IMG/VR virus record: IMGVR_UViG_3300025769_000082
Length of the DNA: 64,000 nucleotides
From: an uncultured virus (IMG/VR IMGVR_UViG_3300025769_000082)
Taxonomy: Duplodnaviria; Heunggongvirae; Uroviricota; Caudoviricetes
Direction: 5' to 3' (one strand)
In this document: piece after piece, positions 54,031 through 63,439 of the stretch
Layout of the letters: the number at the start of each line of letters is the position of its first letter
Position numbering within the stretch: position 1 is the first letter of the stretch
The notes under the pieces: model-generated
Databases searched by the model: none
Told to the model about the DNA's origin: nothing
The model's input: the letters and a program-made list of their open reading frames with translations, nothing else
Translations under genes and position numbers: made by a program

Positions 54031-54759
54031 TCATGCAGCGCGTCGGACAAAGCCGCTTTTGTCATTCTTCGCGTCACCCTTAGCTTTAAGACCCACGATG
54101 ACACCTGCTTTGTCTTTAAAGCGCAGGTCAGTTTCGTCGCCATCAATTACGGTATACCCTATGTGCATTCCGGGCACCTTGTCGAATACCATCGCAACAT
54201 TACCGCCATTCAACAACACGTCAGCACAAGCGTCCCCATTATCTTCGGTTGCGCTAAAAGTTACGTGGTAATTTTTAGGCATATTACCCTTGGCGAAGGC
54301 CAAGGCGCGTTTAGTAACCTTTGTATAGTCATAGAATTGCACGTCAGGGAACATATCCATTATGTTAAAACTATTAAGACCCCACGTGACCCGCTCAAAT
54401 GCGATATCACTCGAACCATTGAGACGTACGACAGGTGTTAGACCCTCACGCTTGGCTTTACGCACAAGCGCTTTAATTTCCTTGACCAACAAGTTCATGA
54501 AGGTCGCTCTATCATCGAAATACAGCTTAGTTTTTTCTAAACGACTATCACGGATGGTGTTAGTGTCATCGCCACGTTTTATGATATTGGCGCGACCCGC
54601 GTACCATCCTAGGCAAGCGGTCTTACATCCGGCGCTGGCTTGTGGACATACGTTATGCCCCGAAAGGTCTGCGGGTGCCATATACATGACCCCGGTCAGG
54701 AAACCGGCCTTTACGCCTTTGATGGTTTTCGCGTCGGCATTGATTGACAAAAGTTTCAT
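54031..54759 (-). CDS. GP88-family protein
   Basis: CPQASAGCKTACL, VRLNGSSD, QFYDYTK, DGDETDLRF, GLKAKG. Confidence 0.75.
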   Translation of the reverse strand: MKLLSINADAKTIKGVKAGFLTGVMYMAPADLSGHNVCPQASAGCKTACLGWYAGRANIIKRGDDTNTIRDSRLEKTKLYFDDRATFMNLLVKEIKALVRKAKREGLTPVVRLNGSSDIAFERVTWGLNSFNIMDMFPDVQFYDYTKVTKRALAFAKGNMPKNYHVTFSATEDNGDACADVLLNGGNVAMVFDKVPGMHIGYTVIDGDETDLRFKDKAGVIVGLKAKGDAKNDKSGFVRRAA

Positions 54760-54954
54760 TGGATTAATTCCCTTTCCATTCCTTTGTTACGGGACTGTCC
54801 CCGTCAGACCAAGGCGTAGTGCCTTGCTGGTATTGATAGTTATAAAGGGATCACTGATAAATGAATAGCTCTAATTTGGAACAAGTCTTGTGCCGCCAAG
54901 GAACAAAAAAAACAGGGCAGGGGCTCAGATGTAAAACCATTCCAGACACCAGCA

Positions 54955-55565
54955 CCCTGACCCGGTCACCCTGGTGACCCCTGGTCCTACGTCTTAGCGT
55001 CCCTGGTCACCCTGCCCTGCACCAGCGATGTCTATCTAATATCATGCGGCAGCATCGGTATCCCTTGGTCACCCTGGCACCTAGCGTCCCCGTCGGTTTA
55101 GTGTGCCGCCGACGAGCCCGAAAGCCACCGAGTGACCCGTCGTCAACTAATCTGAGCCAAGCCGACTTTTTCTGAACGGCCTTGTTCGAGAGGGGGGGCA
55201 TGGGGGATTTCAGCGTTCGAGTTGGGGAGGGAACCTATAGCCTCATGAAATTTATTCTAAAATCACCATCTAAGGTCCCATGGTCACCCTAAGCCCCCAA
55301 CGTACCCCAGGTCCCTCCAGGTTGCCCCAGGATCAACAACTCGACCCTCCCGGCTACCCTGGGTACCCCTGGGGCGACTTAGGGCCTCCTGGGGCATCCT
55401 AGGGCCTCCTAGGGCATCTTAAGGTCTCCTAGGGCATCTTAAGGTCTCCTAGGTACCCCTGGGGCGACTTAGGGCCTCCTAGGGTCTCCTGAGAGTCCTA
55501 AGGGAGCGCGGGGTCCACACCCGGCCTGATGGGACTGGGGGACACCCGCACTCTACCTTAGGGTC
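54955..55565. repeat. Probable genome-terminus region of T7-like phage with short-repeat arrays
   Basis: Non-coding, between TerL and first early gene; 10-bp-period AGGGCCTCCT/AGGGCATCTT/AAGGTCTCCT array at ~55361-55500 and CCCTGGTCAC repeats at ~54955-55090. Confidence 0.7.
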
Positions 55566-55596
55566 TTAGGTCAGCTTTCTGCTGACTCTAAGTCGG

Positions 55597-57483
55597 TCAG
55601 TGGACGGTCATAAAGACCTCGGCTCGGAAGCCATCCGCCTTACGTTTACCGCGACGGGTCCTCGGACCTAGCTTGAAGCCTTCCTCATAGTTCTCGAGGA
55701 AGTCGTCTACCTCATCTTGCATTCGTTGGTCGTGGATAGCCTGAGCGGCGTCGTCCACGTCTTGACCCATAGCGAGTGTGAAATGAGCGACGGCCCCTGC
55801 AAGGGCGTCGAGACGGTCTTCATGCTTTAGGCACTTACGATCTCTAGTGATATGCGTAAGTTGATATAACAGGCTGTAAGCCAGCTCATCGTCACGTCGT
55901 CGGGCTTCGTGGCGGGCAACAGACTCATCTAGAACCAGACGGTGCTGGGTCATTACGGTCTCAAGGGTATCAATGATACGCGCCTCTTTCTGCCCCTTAG
56001 CCCATGCGGACTCCTTGACGGTACAACCTCCAGGCCAGACCTTAGCCAGTACAGGGCCGAATGCAGCAACCCACATACCTTGACCATAGTTAGGTTCGAC
56101 CTCAACGACGTTCACGTTGAAACGCTTAGCGTCCACAGCGATCTGCGTCATTGCCTCGGCTGGGTCCCCCGCATGACCCCCAGAATGGAGACAGTACAGG
56201 ATACCATTGAGGTTCTTTACGACGGCCCATGCCGTCTCATCCTTACCCCGACCAGCAGGGTCTACAAACAACACTGAGCCCTCATAGTGTTCCCAGGTGT
56301 CATCCACCATCAATGGACGAAGCATAAAGTCCCCTGAGAACCCTACGTTGGGGATATCCTTGACGACGTTCTTGGCGTCAGAGTGTCTCCCCCATTGAAG
56401 GGTAAGGGGTGCTTTCGTCGGATTGATTGAGAAGATCATGAGGTCATGTTGCTTAAGTGGATACTTCTCAGCATCGGATAGCGCAGTATCCAACATATAC
56501 TGAAGGGAATACCAAGCCCTACCACCAGCCTCCAGCTTACTAAGCTCATCCAAGGAGAAGCGAGCCGGGTCAGTAATCTGACCGTAATCCATATCACCTT
56601 GGTCATGGAGTTCCCTGAGGTAGAACGCGAGAATGTTTACACGTTCGTCAGTGTCCTCGACCTTAAGTTCGTAGTTCTCGACCTTATCATGGGTTGGGTA
56701 ACGAATAGGGATAGCGAAACATCGAAAGCCCTGCTCCGTAACCTGACGGTTATAGACGGACTCCTCGGTCTGTGGTGTCCCTAAGTAGAAGATATCCCCA
56801 CGACCATGCTCAGTCTTAACAATGGCCTCAAACTCCCGACAGATGTCGATGAGTTGTTGTCGTGCTTCCTCGGACTTAGAGTTCTGAGGTATCTCGATAT
56901 CATCCGCAATAATGGTTGTAGCACGGTCACCCGTAACCTGGCCCAGGATAGCCGCAGCACGAACTGAGGGGCTCTGGGACAAGCTCGATAGAGCGACGTC
57001 AAACCGATCCGCTTGGTCACGCCTATGCGCCCCATCCTCCCTATGACCCTCTAGGAGCCATTGGTAGATCGGCATAGAACTCAGGAGTGCCCGTAGCTGA
57101 GACACGAAGGCTTTGGACTTATTAGCCGTAGCCGACGTCACAAGTATCTTCTCGTCCCTTGGGTTCCTGGCAAGCAACCAAGCACCAAAAGCTGCAGTGA
57201 TGTAGGACTTACCGACACCACGGAAACAGCGAATGATATCCTTCCGGTGCTCATCACGAAGAGCCTCACGCTCAGGGACACTTAGGTACGCCCATTCGTG
57301 GCTGTCTGCCCCATACTGAAGACGTGCAGCGATCTCAAGCTGAGCCTTGGTAGGCGTTGGTAGACCTAGGTGTTCCCAGGTGACTACCAGCGCGTTCCTA
57401 AAGTCCTCGAAGATCGACCATACGTCCTCAGGGAACCGTTGCTCCCAATGAGGACGGCCATCTACGAGAGACGGTTTAAGCAT
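55597..57483 (-). CDS. terL: Terminase large subunit (T7 gp19-like)
   Basis: FRGVGKSYIT, IIADDIE, LGTPQTE, DPAGRGKDET, QKEARIIDTLE, HEDRLDAL. Confidence 0.95.
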   Translation of the reverse strand: MLKPSLVDGRPHWEQRFPEDVWSIFEDFRNALVVTWEHLGLPTPTKAQLEIAARLQYGADSHEWAYLSVPEREALRDEHRKDIIRCFRGVGKSYITAAFGAWLLARNPRDEKILVTSATANKSKAFVSQLRALLSSMPIYQWLLEGHREDGAHRRDQADRFDVALSSLSQSPSVRAAAILGQVTGDRATTIIADDIEIPQNSKSEEARQQLIDICREFEAIVKTEHGRGDIFYLGTPQTEESVYNRQVTEQGFRCFAIPIRYPTHDKVENYELKVEDTDERVNILAFYLRELHDQGDMDYGQITDPARFSLDELSKLEAGGRAWYSLQYMLDTALSDAEKYPLKQHDLMIFSINPTKAPLTLQWGRHSDAKNVVKDIPNVGFSGDFMLRPLMVDDTWEHYEGSVLFVDPAGRGKDETAWAVVKNLNGILYCLHSGGHAGDPAEAMTQIAVDAKRFNVNVVEVEPNYGQGMWVAAFGPVLAKVWPGGCTVKESAWAKGQKEARIIDTLETVMTQHRLVLDESVARHEARRRDDELAYSLLYQLTHITRDRKCLKHEDRLDALAGAVAHFTLAMGQDVDDAAQAIHDQRMQDEVDDFLENYEEGFKLGPRTRRGKRKADGFRAEVFMTVH

Positions 57484-57697
57484 GACCTAAAGGCTTATAC
57501 TCTGCCGAGGCCGCATACTTCTTTAGCATCGGACTAACTTGTTCAGCCGTCGTAATCTCGGATGCGTTGTGGAACAACTTGAGGAAGCCGACTGCGGCAT
57601 TAAGCATAGGAGCCGCTACGTCCTCCACTTCGACCTGAGTGATCAGGGCCTTAAGGACCGCTTGTTTCAGGTCATGCGTCGTCTTTTCGTCTGACAT
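57476..57697 (-). CDS. Terminase small subunit (T7 gp18-like)
   Basis: MLNAAVGFLK motif; overlaps TerL start. Confidence 0.65.
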   Translation of the reverse strand: MSDEKTTHDLKQAVLKALITQVEVEDVAAPMLNAAVGFLKLFHNASEITTAEQVSPMLKKYAASAEYKPLGHA

Positions 57698-58173
57698 TAA
57701 AACTCCAGTGTTACTGCGAGGGCTGCTACAGCAATAGCTACAGCCAAGGCTTCGAGACCCTCAACGTACCTGTTGGAATGACCCGGCCAGTCCTGACGCT
57801 CCACCCATGGACGAAGCCAGGGCTGGCAGACATTCGCTGCATAGATCAGGATGAACCCGAAGGTGCCTAAGGTCATTGGGTATACGTCGTAGACCGTAAG
57901 TCCACATAGGAATACACCAGCGACTAAGGACGGCCAGGGACGGATTAACATAGGCTTAAACATATCCCACTTATTGTACCCAGCAGTCAGGCACCGCCCG
58001 TATAGACCGCCCACAACAAGAGCAACCACACAGTTGTAAGTCGTACCAAAGACGCTGAGGACGCATAAGGTGTAACCAAGGATTGTGGAGCCCTTGATCC
58101 TAAAGGGCCAGCCTCCATCAGAGACACGCCACGCTGGGAGGAGAACGCTGAGGAAGCTAGTTAGAAATGTCAT
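57697..58173 (-). CDS. Multi-pass membrane protein (homolog of 11858-12298)
   Basis: Shared WRVSDGGW, QPWLR and NRYVE motifs. Confidence 0.7.
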   Translation of the reverse strand: MTFLTSFLSVLLPAWRVSDGGWPFRIKGSTILGYTLCVLSVFGTTYNCVVALVVGGLYGRCLTAGYNKWDMFKPMLIRPWPSLVAGVFLCGLTVYDVYPMTLGTFGFILIYAANVCQPWLRPWVERQDWPGHSNRYVEGLEALAVAIAVAALAVTLEF

Positions 58174-58565
58174 TGATGATCCTTCCAGACCTTTACGCCC
58201 TTCTCGACCGAGCGGCCTACGATATAGCCACCTATACCGATCTTAAGGAGATCGAAGACGGCCAAGAGGACTGACTCTGGCATGTTCTCGGGTTGAATAC
58301 CGAACCAGTAGAGAAATAGGAGACCAAGGAACGAAAGCATAGTGATTGGTCGCCAATTACGTTGGAGCCAACTCTCACCTTGAGCCTCTGCGACGATGAT
58401 CTGCGCCGCCGCTTCAATCTCTTTCATCTGACCTGTGAGGACCATTTCCTGCAGCTTCGCCTTAATAGCGGCGGCTTGGTCCTTGTCCTCTACAGATTGA
58501 TCAATGACACTGAATATTCCTTTGAGAAGAGGAGCAGCGACGGCTGTAAGAATTCCTCCAATCAT
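58170..58565 (-). CDS. 3TM-type holin
   Basis: AEAQGESWLQRNWRP and GIGGYIVGRSVEK motifs; start MIGG likely. Confidence 0.8.
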   Translation of the reverse strand: MIGGILTAVAAPLLKGIFSVIDQSVEDKDQAAAIKAKLQEMVLTGQMKEIEAAAQIIVAEAQGESWLQRNWRPITMLSFLGLLFLYWFGIQPENMPESVLLAVFDLLKIGIGGYIVGRSVEKGVKVWKDHQ

Positions 58566-58566
58566 A

Positions 58567-58941
58567 TTAAGCTCCAGAGTTAATATTGACAAGGATGACG
58601 AAGTAATTATAAGGAGCGTCTTTATGAGTCGCTAGACGCCAGACTGATAAAAGATTGCCTGAGTCTTTAGCCACATAAGTATAGATATGCTCTTCAAGAG
58701 TAACCTCAAGAATCACTTGGAATTGTATACAGTCCCCTTTACTGAGTAAGGTGTGGTAGAAGTTTGAGGCTTCCTTGAAGCCCTTAGTCTCATTCTTTAC
58801 CGCTAACTCTAGAATAGCACTCTCAGATACACAGACCCAACTGGTCCTACCTGTTTCCCCAGGTTCGTATGCGCTAGCTGGATTCAAGCCATACGTAAGC
58901 ATTACCACCACGGCCAATACCGCAGCGATGAAGTTCTTCAT
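58567..58941 (-). CDS. Secreted hypothetical protein
   Basis: N-terminal signal peptide, two Cys. Confidence 0.65.
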   Translation of the reverse strand: MKNFIAAVLAVVVMLTYGLNPASAYEPGETGRTSWVCVSESAILELAVKNETKGFKEASNFYHTLLSKGDCIQFQVILEVTLEEHIYTYVAKDSGNLLSVWRLATHKDAPYNYFVILVNINSGA

Positions 58942-58981
58942 ATGATATAAGTTCCTTTGAGTCTTTGGGGGGCTGAGGGAC

Positions 58982-59212
58982 CTAGTAAGTATTTCCCCCT
59001 AGGTACCCTGCGATAGCACCAGCAGCTAGGATAAGACCTACAACTAGGCGTTCTACCATGGTGCGATTATTGACCTTATCCTCTAGACGACCAACACGTC
59101 CGTTCTGTTTTTCGACGTTCTCTTTGATCGTTAAGACATGAGTTTCTATCCGTGCTAACCTATCGATTACTTGTGGATGGACTTCACGTCGTTCATTGGA
59201 ATTATCGGACAC
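58982..59212 (-). CDS. Coiled-coil protein with C-terminal TM (lysis-cassette type)
   Basis: RLARIET...QNGRVGRLE followed by TM. Confidence 0.6.
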   Translation of the reverse strand: MSDNSNERREVHPQVIDRLARIETHVLTIKENVEKQNGRVGRLEDKVNNRTMVERLVVGLILAAGAIAGYLGGNTY

Positions 59213-59226
59213 TATTTATTACCAAT

Positions 59227-59859
59227 TTACTTCTTGATGCCGTAGACGGCGATGGTGCCAGACGCCATGTTGCCACTGAATTTGAATTGAAGACCATTAT
59301 AAACAGCACCAACAGTGTATGCTCCCCCGTAATAAAACCCACGGGAAATAGAACTTGTGGCTTCTACATATGCGCCTGTCATATGAAACTGAAAATACGG
59401 CGTAGCACCAGCCATGCGACATTGAGCAATAAAGGATACTCCACCTTCAGAAGCATCATTGCTCACACCTCCTGCTGTAAAACTAAATGAAGCGGCTCCG
59501 TTATTGTTGACAGCGGTTGTCGTACCCGCTTGATTGGTTTCAGTGCCGCCAGCATGATAGTTACCCGCTGTTTCATAGGTAGCCCCGAGGTCATCGGACA
59601 CCAGCATCTCTAGACCTTGCGCGTCCGTCGATGGAACGATGTTTGTAGCAATTACTTCAATTACGTCAAACGTGCCATCACCCATCGCCGCGTCTGCAAA
59701 ATCCAATGACGCGGATGTGCTGGCGGTTTGTGTGTCTATCAGAACACGATTTCCCGGCAATGCCGCCGCCAGCCGCTCCGCGTAAGTATTAACGCCAGAC
59801 TGGTCGATGGTTTCACCTAAAACACCGCCGATCAGGTTCTTTGAGATTGTAGTTGCCAT
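59227..59859 (-). CDS. Secondary tail protein carrying a paralog of the tail-fibre tip domain
   Basis: RVLIDTQTASTSASLDF...SGTIAVYGIKK parallels RVLLDTQTASTSSSLDF...SGAINLYGIVK. Confidence 0.75.
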   Translation of the reverse strand: MATTISKNLIGGVLGETIDQSGVNTYAERLAAALPGNRVLIDTQTASTSASLDFADAAMGDGTFDVIEVIATNIVPSTDAQGLEMLVSDDLGATYETAGNYHAGGTETNQAGTTTAVNNNGAASFSFTAGGVSNDASEGGVSFIAQCRMAGATPYFQFHMTGAYVEATSSISRGFYYGGAYTVGAVYNGLQFKFSGNMASGTIAVYGIKK

Positions 59860-59868
59860 GATCTTTTC

Positions 59869-62205
59869 CTATTTCACGATACCATAAAGATTGATGGCCC
59901 CTGACGTGAGGTTGCCCGATGTGGAAATCAATCGGAAACCATTGACCGCCGCAACTGATTTCCAATCGCCGCCCATGGACCATGCAACACTGTTTCCGCC
60001 ATTGTCAGAAAACGATGAAAGCGCCGTTACCTTGGTATATCGGTCGGTTGCGGCAGGATTGAAAATTCGGACCAGACTGCAAACGCCCCCTTCACTAGCG
60101 TTTGACGTGCCAGCGGCAGCGATGCGAAGTTCATCGTCATTATTTGCGGCCGTATCATCGTCGCTCCCGGCGCTATCCGCCGCCTTCGCCGCCCAATAAT
60201 AGGCCGACGTTTCAAACGTCGAGCCCCCATCATCGGAGAACAGCAATTTCAATGGTTGTGCAGTAGTGTCCAAAAGAATGTTGACCAACTCAAGCTCATA
60301 CACATCGTAGGTGCCATCAATACCCGTGGTGAAATCCAATGACGAAGATGTGCTTGCAGTCTGCGTGTCCAAAAGAACTCGGCTTCCCGCTGGACGTGGC
60401 GTATAGAACCCCGTTGCATCATGCGCTCGATACTCCCGGCTCTCTTTCGGCCACAATGGGACAGGATCACGGGCGTCCGTAGTGCCTTCGTTGATTGCGT
60501 CACCACTCGCGGGCCATACCCACGCAGCTTCCGCCCCGCTGTTTGTAATCCAGACACTTCGACCAGCCGCAGCACTCGGCAACACAACACTGTCACCTTG
60601 ATTAGCGCACGTAGAGATCAGCACGTTATCTGTCGTCAGTGCTTGCCCACCTGCTTGTGTTTGTGTGGTGCTAGCCGTGACTGTTCCAACATCCATGATG
60701 AAGTTATCGGTGACGGTCAGATCGCCTGGGACAGTAAGATCGCCACTCAACTTCGCAGATGTAACCGTGCCATCGGCGGGAGTACCCACGGACAGAGTAG
60801 TACCAGTTACAGCTTCAACCTCTCCTACTCCTGCGGGAATAGCAGCATCAAAGGTTACGGTGACGTTGGATACGGTGTAAGTGGAATGGTGTTGGAATAC
60901 CCCATCAAAGAAGATTTGTACGTTGTTCTCTGATCCTGGGGCAGTAGACAATGTTACGGTAGTAGACGAACCCGCCGTAAAATCTACGCCGTCCGTCAAA
61001 GTATCAACCGTCATATCCCCCGCGCCACCCCCGAAAGATACACTAGCCCAGTCATCAGGAGATAAATCTATATCTCCAGTATATGTTGCAGCAGAACCAG
61101 ACACCCCGAGCGTGTCGCTAGCCCCGAGATTAATGGTATCGGTCCCGTTAGGAGTTACCGTTACTGCGTTACCGTCTCCTGTAGACTTTTTAATGGTGAT
61201 CCGCCACCCATTCCCCGCAGTAGCAATACTAGGTAGGTTAACGGTGACAGCACCCCCCGAGGTGTCTACACTGATTAACTCCCCATCCTGTGTAGTAGCG
61301 AGTGTATAGGGGCTGTCAGAATTGGTAATATAGGTTACGTCGTTAAACAGTATCTTGTCGGCAGAAGCCGCCGCTGCCGCCGCACTCGCCGCCGCGTTGG
61401 TCTCAGACGTACTGGCGTTTGACGCCGAGGTACTGGCGGCGCCCGCAGACGCCGCCGCGTTTGTCTCGGCTGTCTCAGCCGCCGCCTGTGCCGCCTCCGC
61501 CGCGCTCTGCGCTGTCTCAGCCGCCGTCTGGGCCGCATTCACGCCATACGCCATAGCCCGAACTTGATAATTATTCGTCCCGACAGTCGTATTCGCCGAA
61601 AAAGTGAGGCTTGTCCCCGAGACAGTGTAATCTGTCACCGGGTCCATGATGTTTCCGTTGTGGTCAAAGACGAAAAGGATGTTTTCGTCCGTCCCCATGT
61701 TCTCGGAGAGGGTAAACGGCCCCGTCGTCCCGTCCCCGGAGAGGCGATCAGCCAAAACAGTCGCGTCTACACTCTCAGGAGACGCAAAAATCTGCCAATA
61801 TGAGTTTGTCGTGAAGTCCGTCGCGAACGCCCCGGACGTATGCGCCACGATGCACACATAACTCGCGCCGTCCACTTGCACCACGTCTGACAATGCATAG
61901 TCTGTCGCCGTGACCCAAGCCCCCAAGAAATTCAGATTGGTGTTCAAAAGCGCCAAAACGTCCGACCCAATCTGATCGACGTCGATGGACCCCCCTTTCA
62001 AGTACCCATCGTCGCCAATCTGTGTCCGAACGAAATCAACAATGTCAGCGATCCGCCCCCGGTGGTGGGCAAACTCCGCGTCGAGTTTGTCTCCGGGCTG
62101 TTGATCCGTCGGATTACTCGTTGAGTAATCTTCAAAATCATATTGCTGTGTGGGTGCTGTAGGGGCCGCCATCCAAATGCCTCCCGCCGGGTTAGGGTCG
62201 GTCAT
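59869..62205 (-). CDS. Tail fibre with outer-phage N-terminus
   Basis: N-terminus unrelated to gp17-type; C-terminal part shared with 15921-18065; start may be 62172. Confidence 0.8.
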   Translation of the reverse strand: MTDPNPAGGIWMAAPTAPTQQYDFEDYSTSNPTDQQPGDKLDAEFAHHRGRIADIVDFVRTQIGDDGYLKGGSIDVDQIGSDVLALLNTNLNFLGAWVTATDYALSDVVQVDGASYVCIVAHTSGAFATDFTTNSYWQIFASPESVDATVLADRLSGDGTTGPFTLSENMGTDENILFVFDHNGNIMDPVTDYTVSGTSLTFSANTTVGTNNYQVRAMAYGVNAAQTAAETAQSAAEAAQAAAETAETNAAASAGAASTSASNASTSETNAAASAAAAAASADKILFNDVTYITNSDSPYTLATTQDGELISVDTSGGAVTVNLPSIATAGNGWRITIKKSTGDGNAVTVTPNGTDTINLGASDTLGVSGSAATYTGDIDLSPDDWASVSFGGGAGDMTVDTLTDGVDFTAGSSTTVTLSTAPGSENNVQIFFDGVFQHHSTYTVSNVTVTFDAAIPAGVGEVEAVTGTTLSVGTPADGTVTSAKLSGDLTVPGDLTVTDNFIMDVGTVTASTTQTQAGGQALTTDNVLISTCANQGDSVVLPSAAAGRSVWITNSGAEAAWVWPASGDAINEGTTDARDPVPLWPKESREYRAHDATGFYTPRPAGSRVLLDTQTASTSSSLDFTTGIDGTYDVYELELVNILLDTTAQPLKLLFSDDGGSTFETSAYYWAAKAADSAGSDDDTAANNDDELRIAAAGTSNASEGGVCSLVRIFNPAATDRYTKVTALSSFSDNGGNSVAWSMGGDWKSVAAVNGFRLISTSGNLTSGAINLYGIVK
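59888..60396. repeat. Direct repeat copy 2 (identical core)
   Basis: Matches 15940-16448. Confidence 0.92.
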
Positions 62206-62257
62206 GTCTCCCGGGCGCGACTACGGGTTGGGTCTGGACGCGGATGAATTTGAGGTG

Positions 62258-62286
62258 ATTTTAGTGCTTTTTGTGTCTTGGCGCAA
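62258..62286 (-). promoter_or_regulatory. Candidate promoter for outer tail-fibre operon
   Basis: TTGCGC-N17-TAAAAT with AGACACAA in the spacer. Confidence 0.55.
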
Positions 62287-62386
62287 TAGTTTGTGTCGCG
62301 AGACACAGTCTTCGTGTCTCGGGGGGTGATTTTTTAAGTGAGGGGTGGTGGATGCGCTGTAAAAACTCTTTGGGGTTTTTCCAGCT

Positions 62387-62493
62387 ACAGCTTTTTACAG
62401 TTTGTTGAAAAGTTTGAAATCCAGAAATTTTCTCGGACAGCTTTTCACAGTTTGTTGAAAAGTTTGAAATCCAGAAATTTTCTCGGACAGCTT
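62387..62493. repeat. AT-rich 50-bp tandem repeat (2 copies plus 7 nt)
   Basis: ACAGCTTTT(T/C)ACAGTTTGTTGAAAAGTTTGAAATCCAGAAATTTTCTCGG x2. Confidence 0.9.
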
Positions 62494-62551
62494 ACGCGCG
62501 ACGCCGCGCTCCCCCCGGGCTCCCCCCGGGGGGTCGGGTCGGCGGCGGGCC

Positions 62552-62776
62552 GTGTCTCGGCCCCGTGTCTCGGCGTCTCGGTCTCGGCGTCTCGGTCTCG
62601 GCCCCGTCTCGCCGCGCCGGGCTCGACGCCGCGCGTCGTCGCCGGGCTCGACGTCGTCGGTCGGCGGGTCGGGCCCGGGTCTCGCCCCGGGATAGGGCGG
62701 GCTCTCGCCCGGGTCTCGGCGGGTCTCGGGCCGGGTCGCGGCACTAATCGCGGCGCGTCTCGGTCTCGGCGTCTCA
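62552..62776. repeat. GTCTCG short-repeat array
   Basis: More than ten GTCTC(G) copies in non-coding GC-rich DNA. Confidence 0.75.
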
Positions 62777-62998
62777 ATCTCGACCGGCGAGGGCGTCTAA
62801 TTCGGCGTCGATCTCGGCGAGACTCATATCGCCCGCCGCCCGGGTGCCGGGTCGGGTCGGCGCGTCTTGGTGCTTGCCCAATAGGCCCGCGATCTCGGCG
62901 AGCGTTCGCGCCGCTTGGACCCGCGCGGCGGCGGCGGCGGTCTTATCGTTTATGACGTCGCGCAAAGCGGCGAGGATAATATCACTATCTGTTTGCAT
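62774..62998 (-). CDS. Hypothetical protein, possible terminase small subunit
   Basis: ARVQAARTLAEIAGLLGK and MSLAEIDAEL resemble TerS C-terminal patterns. Confidence 0.45.
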   Translation of the reverse strand: MQTDSDIILAALRDVINDKTAAAAARVQAARTLAEIAGLLGKHQDAPTRPGTRAAGDMSLAEIDAELDALAGRD

Positions 62999-63413
62999 TA
63001 TAACGCCCCGTTAGGTCGGCCCACGCCCGACCGTCGCCCGCTTGGGCGGCGACATAGGCGAGAACGACGGCGGCCCTCTCGGCGAGAGACCGGGCCGCCC
63101 GATATACCGGCAAGCGTAAGACGTCGGGCGGCGCGTCTTGGATTGCGTCGAGCGCCGCTTGTCGGCGGGCGTGTCGGGCTCGACGCTCGGGCGTCGGTTT
63201 ATGGTCGGGATTGTTTCGCAAGGCCGCGCGGTCGGCCCCGGTCAAATGATACCGGCAATGTTCGAGGCCCCACGCCGCCCGGTTCCGACATGGTCGGTCG
63301 TTTTGTCGCGACCAACCGGCGCACGTCTTGGCGGTCGCGAACGGCGACCCAAAACCGGCGGCGGCCCGCTTGGTTTTGAACGTCTCGGATTGCGTCGGGT
63401 TTTTGTTTGCCAT
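62985..63413 (-). CDS. CCCH zinc-finger protein (HGGxSTG-like)
   Basis: C-x10-C-x10-C-x2-H pattern (TCAGW...PCRN...HCRYH). Confidence 0.55.
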   Translation of the reverse strand: MANKNPTQSETFKTKRAAAGFGSPFATAKTCAGWSRQNDRPCRNRAAWGLEHCRYHLTGADRAALRNNPDHKPTPERRARHARRQAALDAIQDAPPDVLRLPVYRAARSLAERAAVVLAYVAAQAGDGRAWADLTGRYNANR

Positions 63414-63439
63414 GCCCGGGATGATACCCGACGCCGCGC

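Larger units (their letters stand above)
15940..59887. mobile_element. Complete circularly permuted T7-like temperate phage genome (~43.95 kb) nested in another phage genome
   Basis: Full autographivirus gene set with own terminase, portal, capsid, RNAP and integrase, bounded by tail-fibre direct repeats. Confidence 0.8.

Noticed and set aside
54835..54865. Third phage RNAP promoter (TTTATCAGTGATCCCTTTATAAC)
   Set aside because: Too many mismatches and a spacing change relative to the two clear copies
55361..55500. CRISPR array (also considered 50399-50623 and 62387-62493)
   Set aside because: Repeats are contiguous or too short, with no unique spacers and no cas genes
15940..60396. Diversity-generating retroelement (TR/VR) or invertase-driven fibre switching
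   Set aside because: No reverse transcriptase or invertase in the window; the repeats are direct, and mismatches are mostly synonymous rather than adenine-specific
62338..62955. Arg/Pro-rich ORFs over the GC-rich repeat region (also 55007-55201)
   Set aside because: Low-complexity translations of repeats with no convincing RBS
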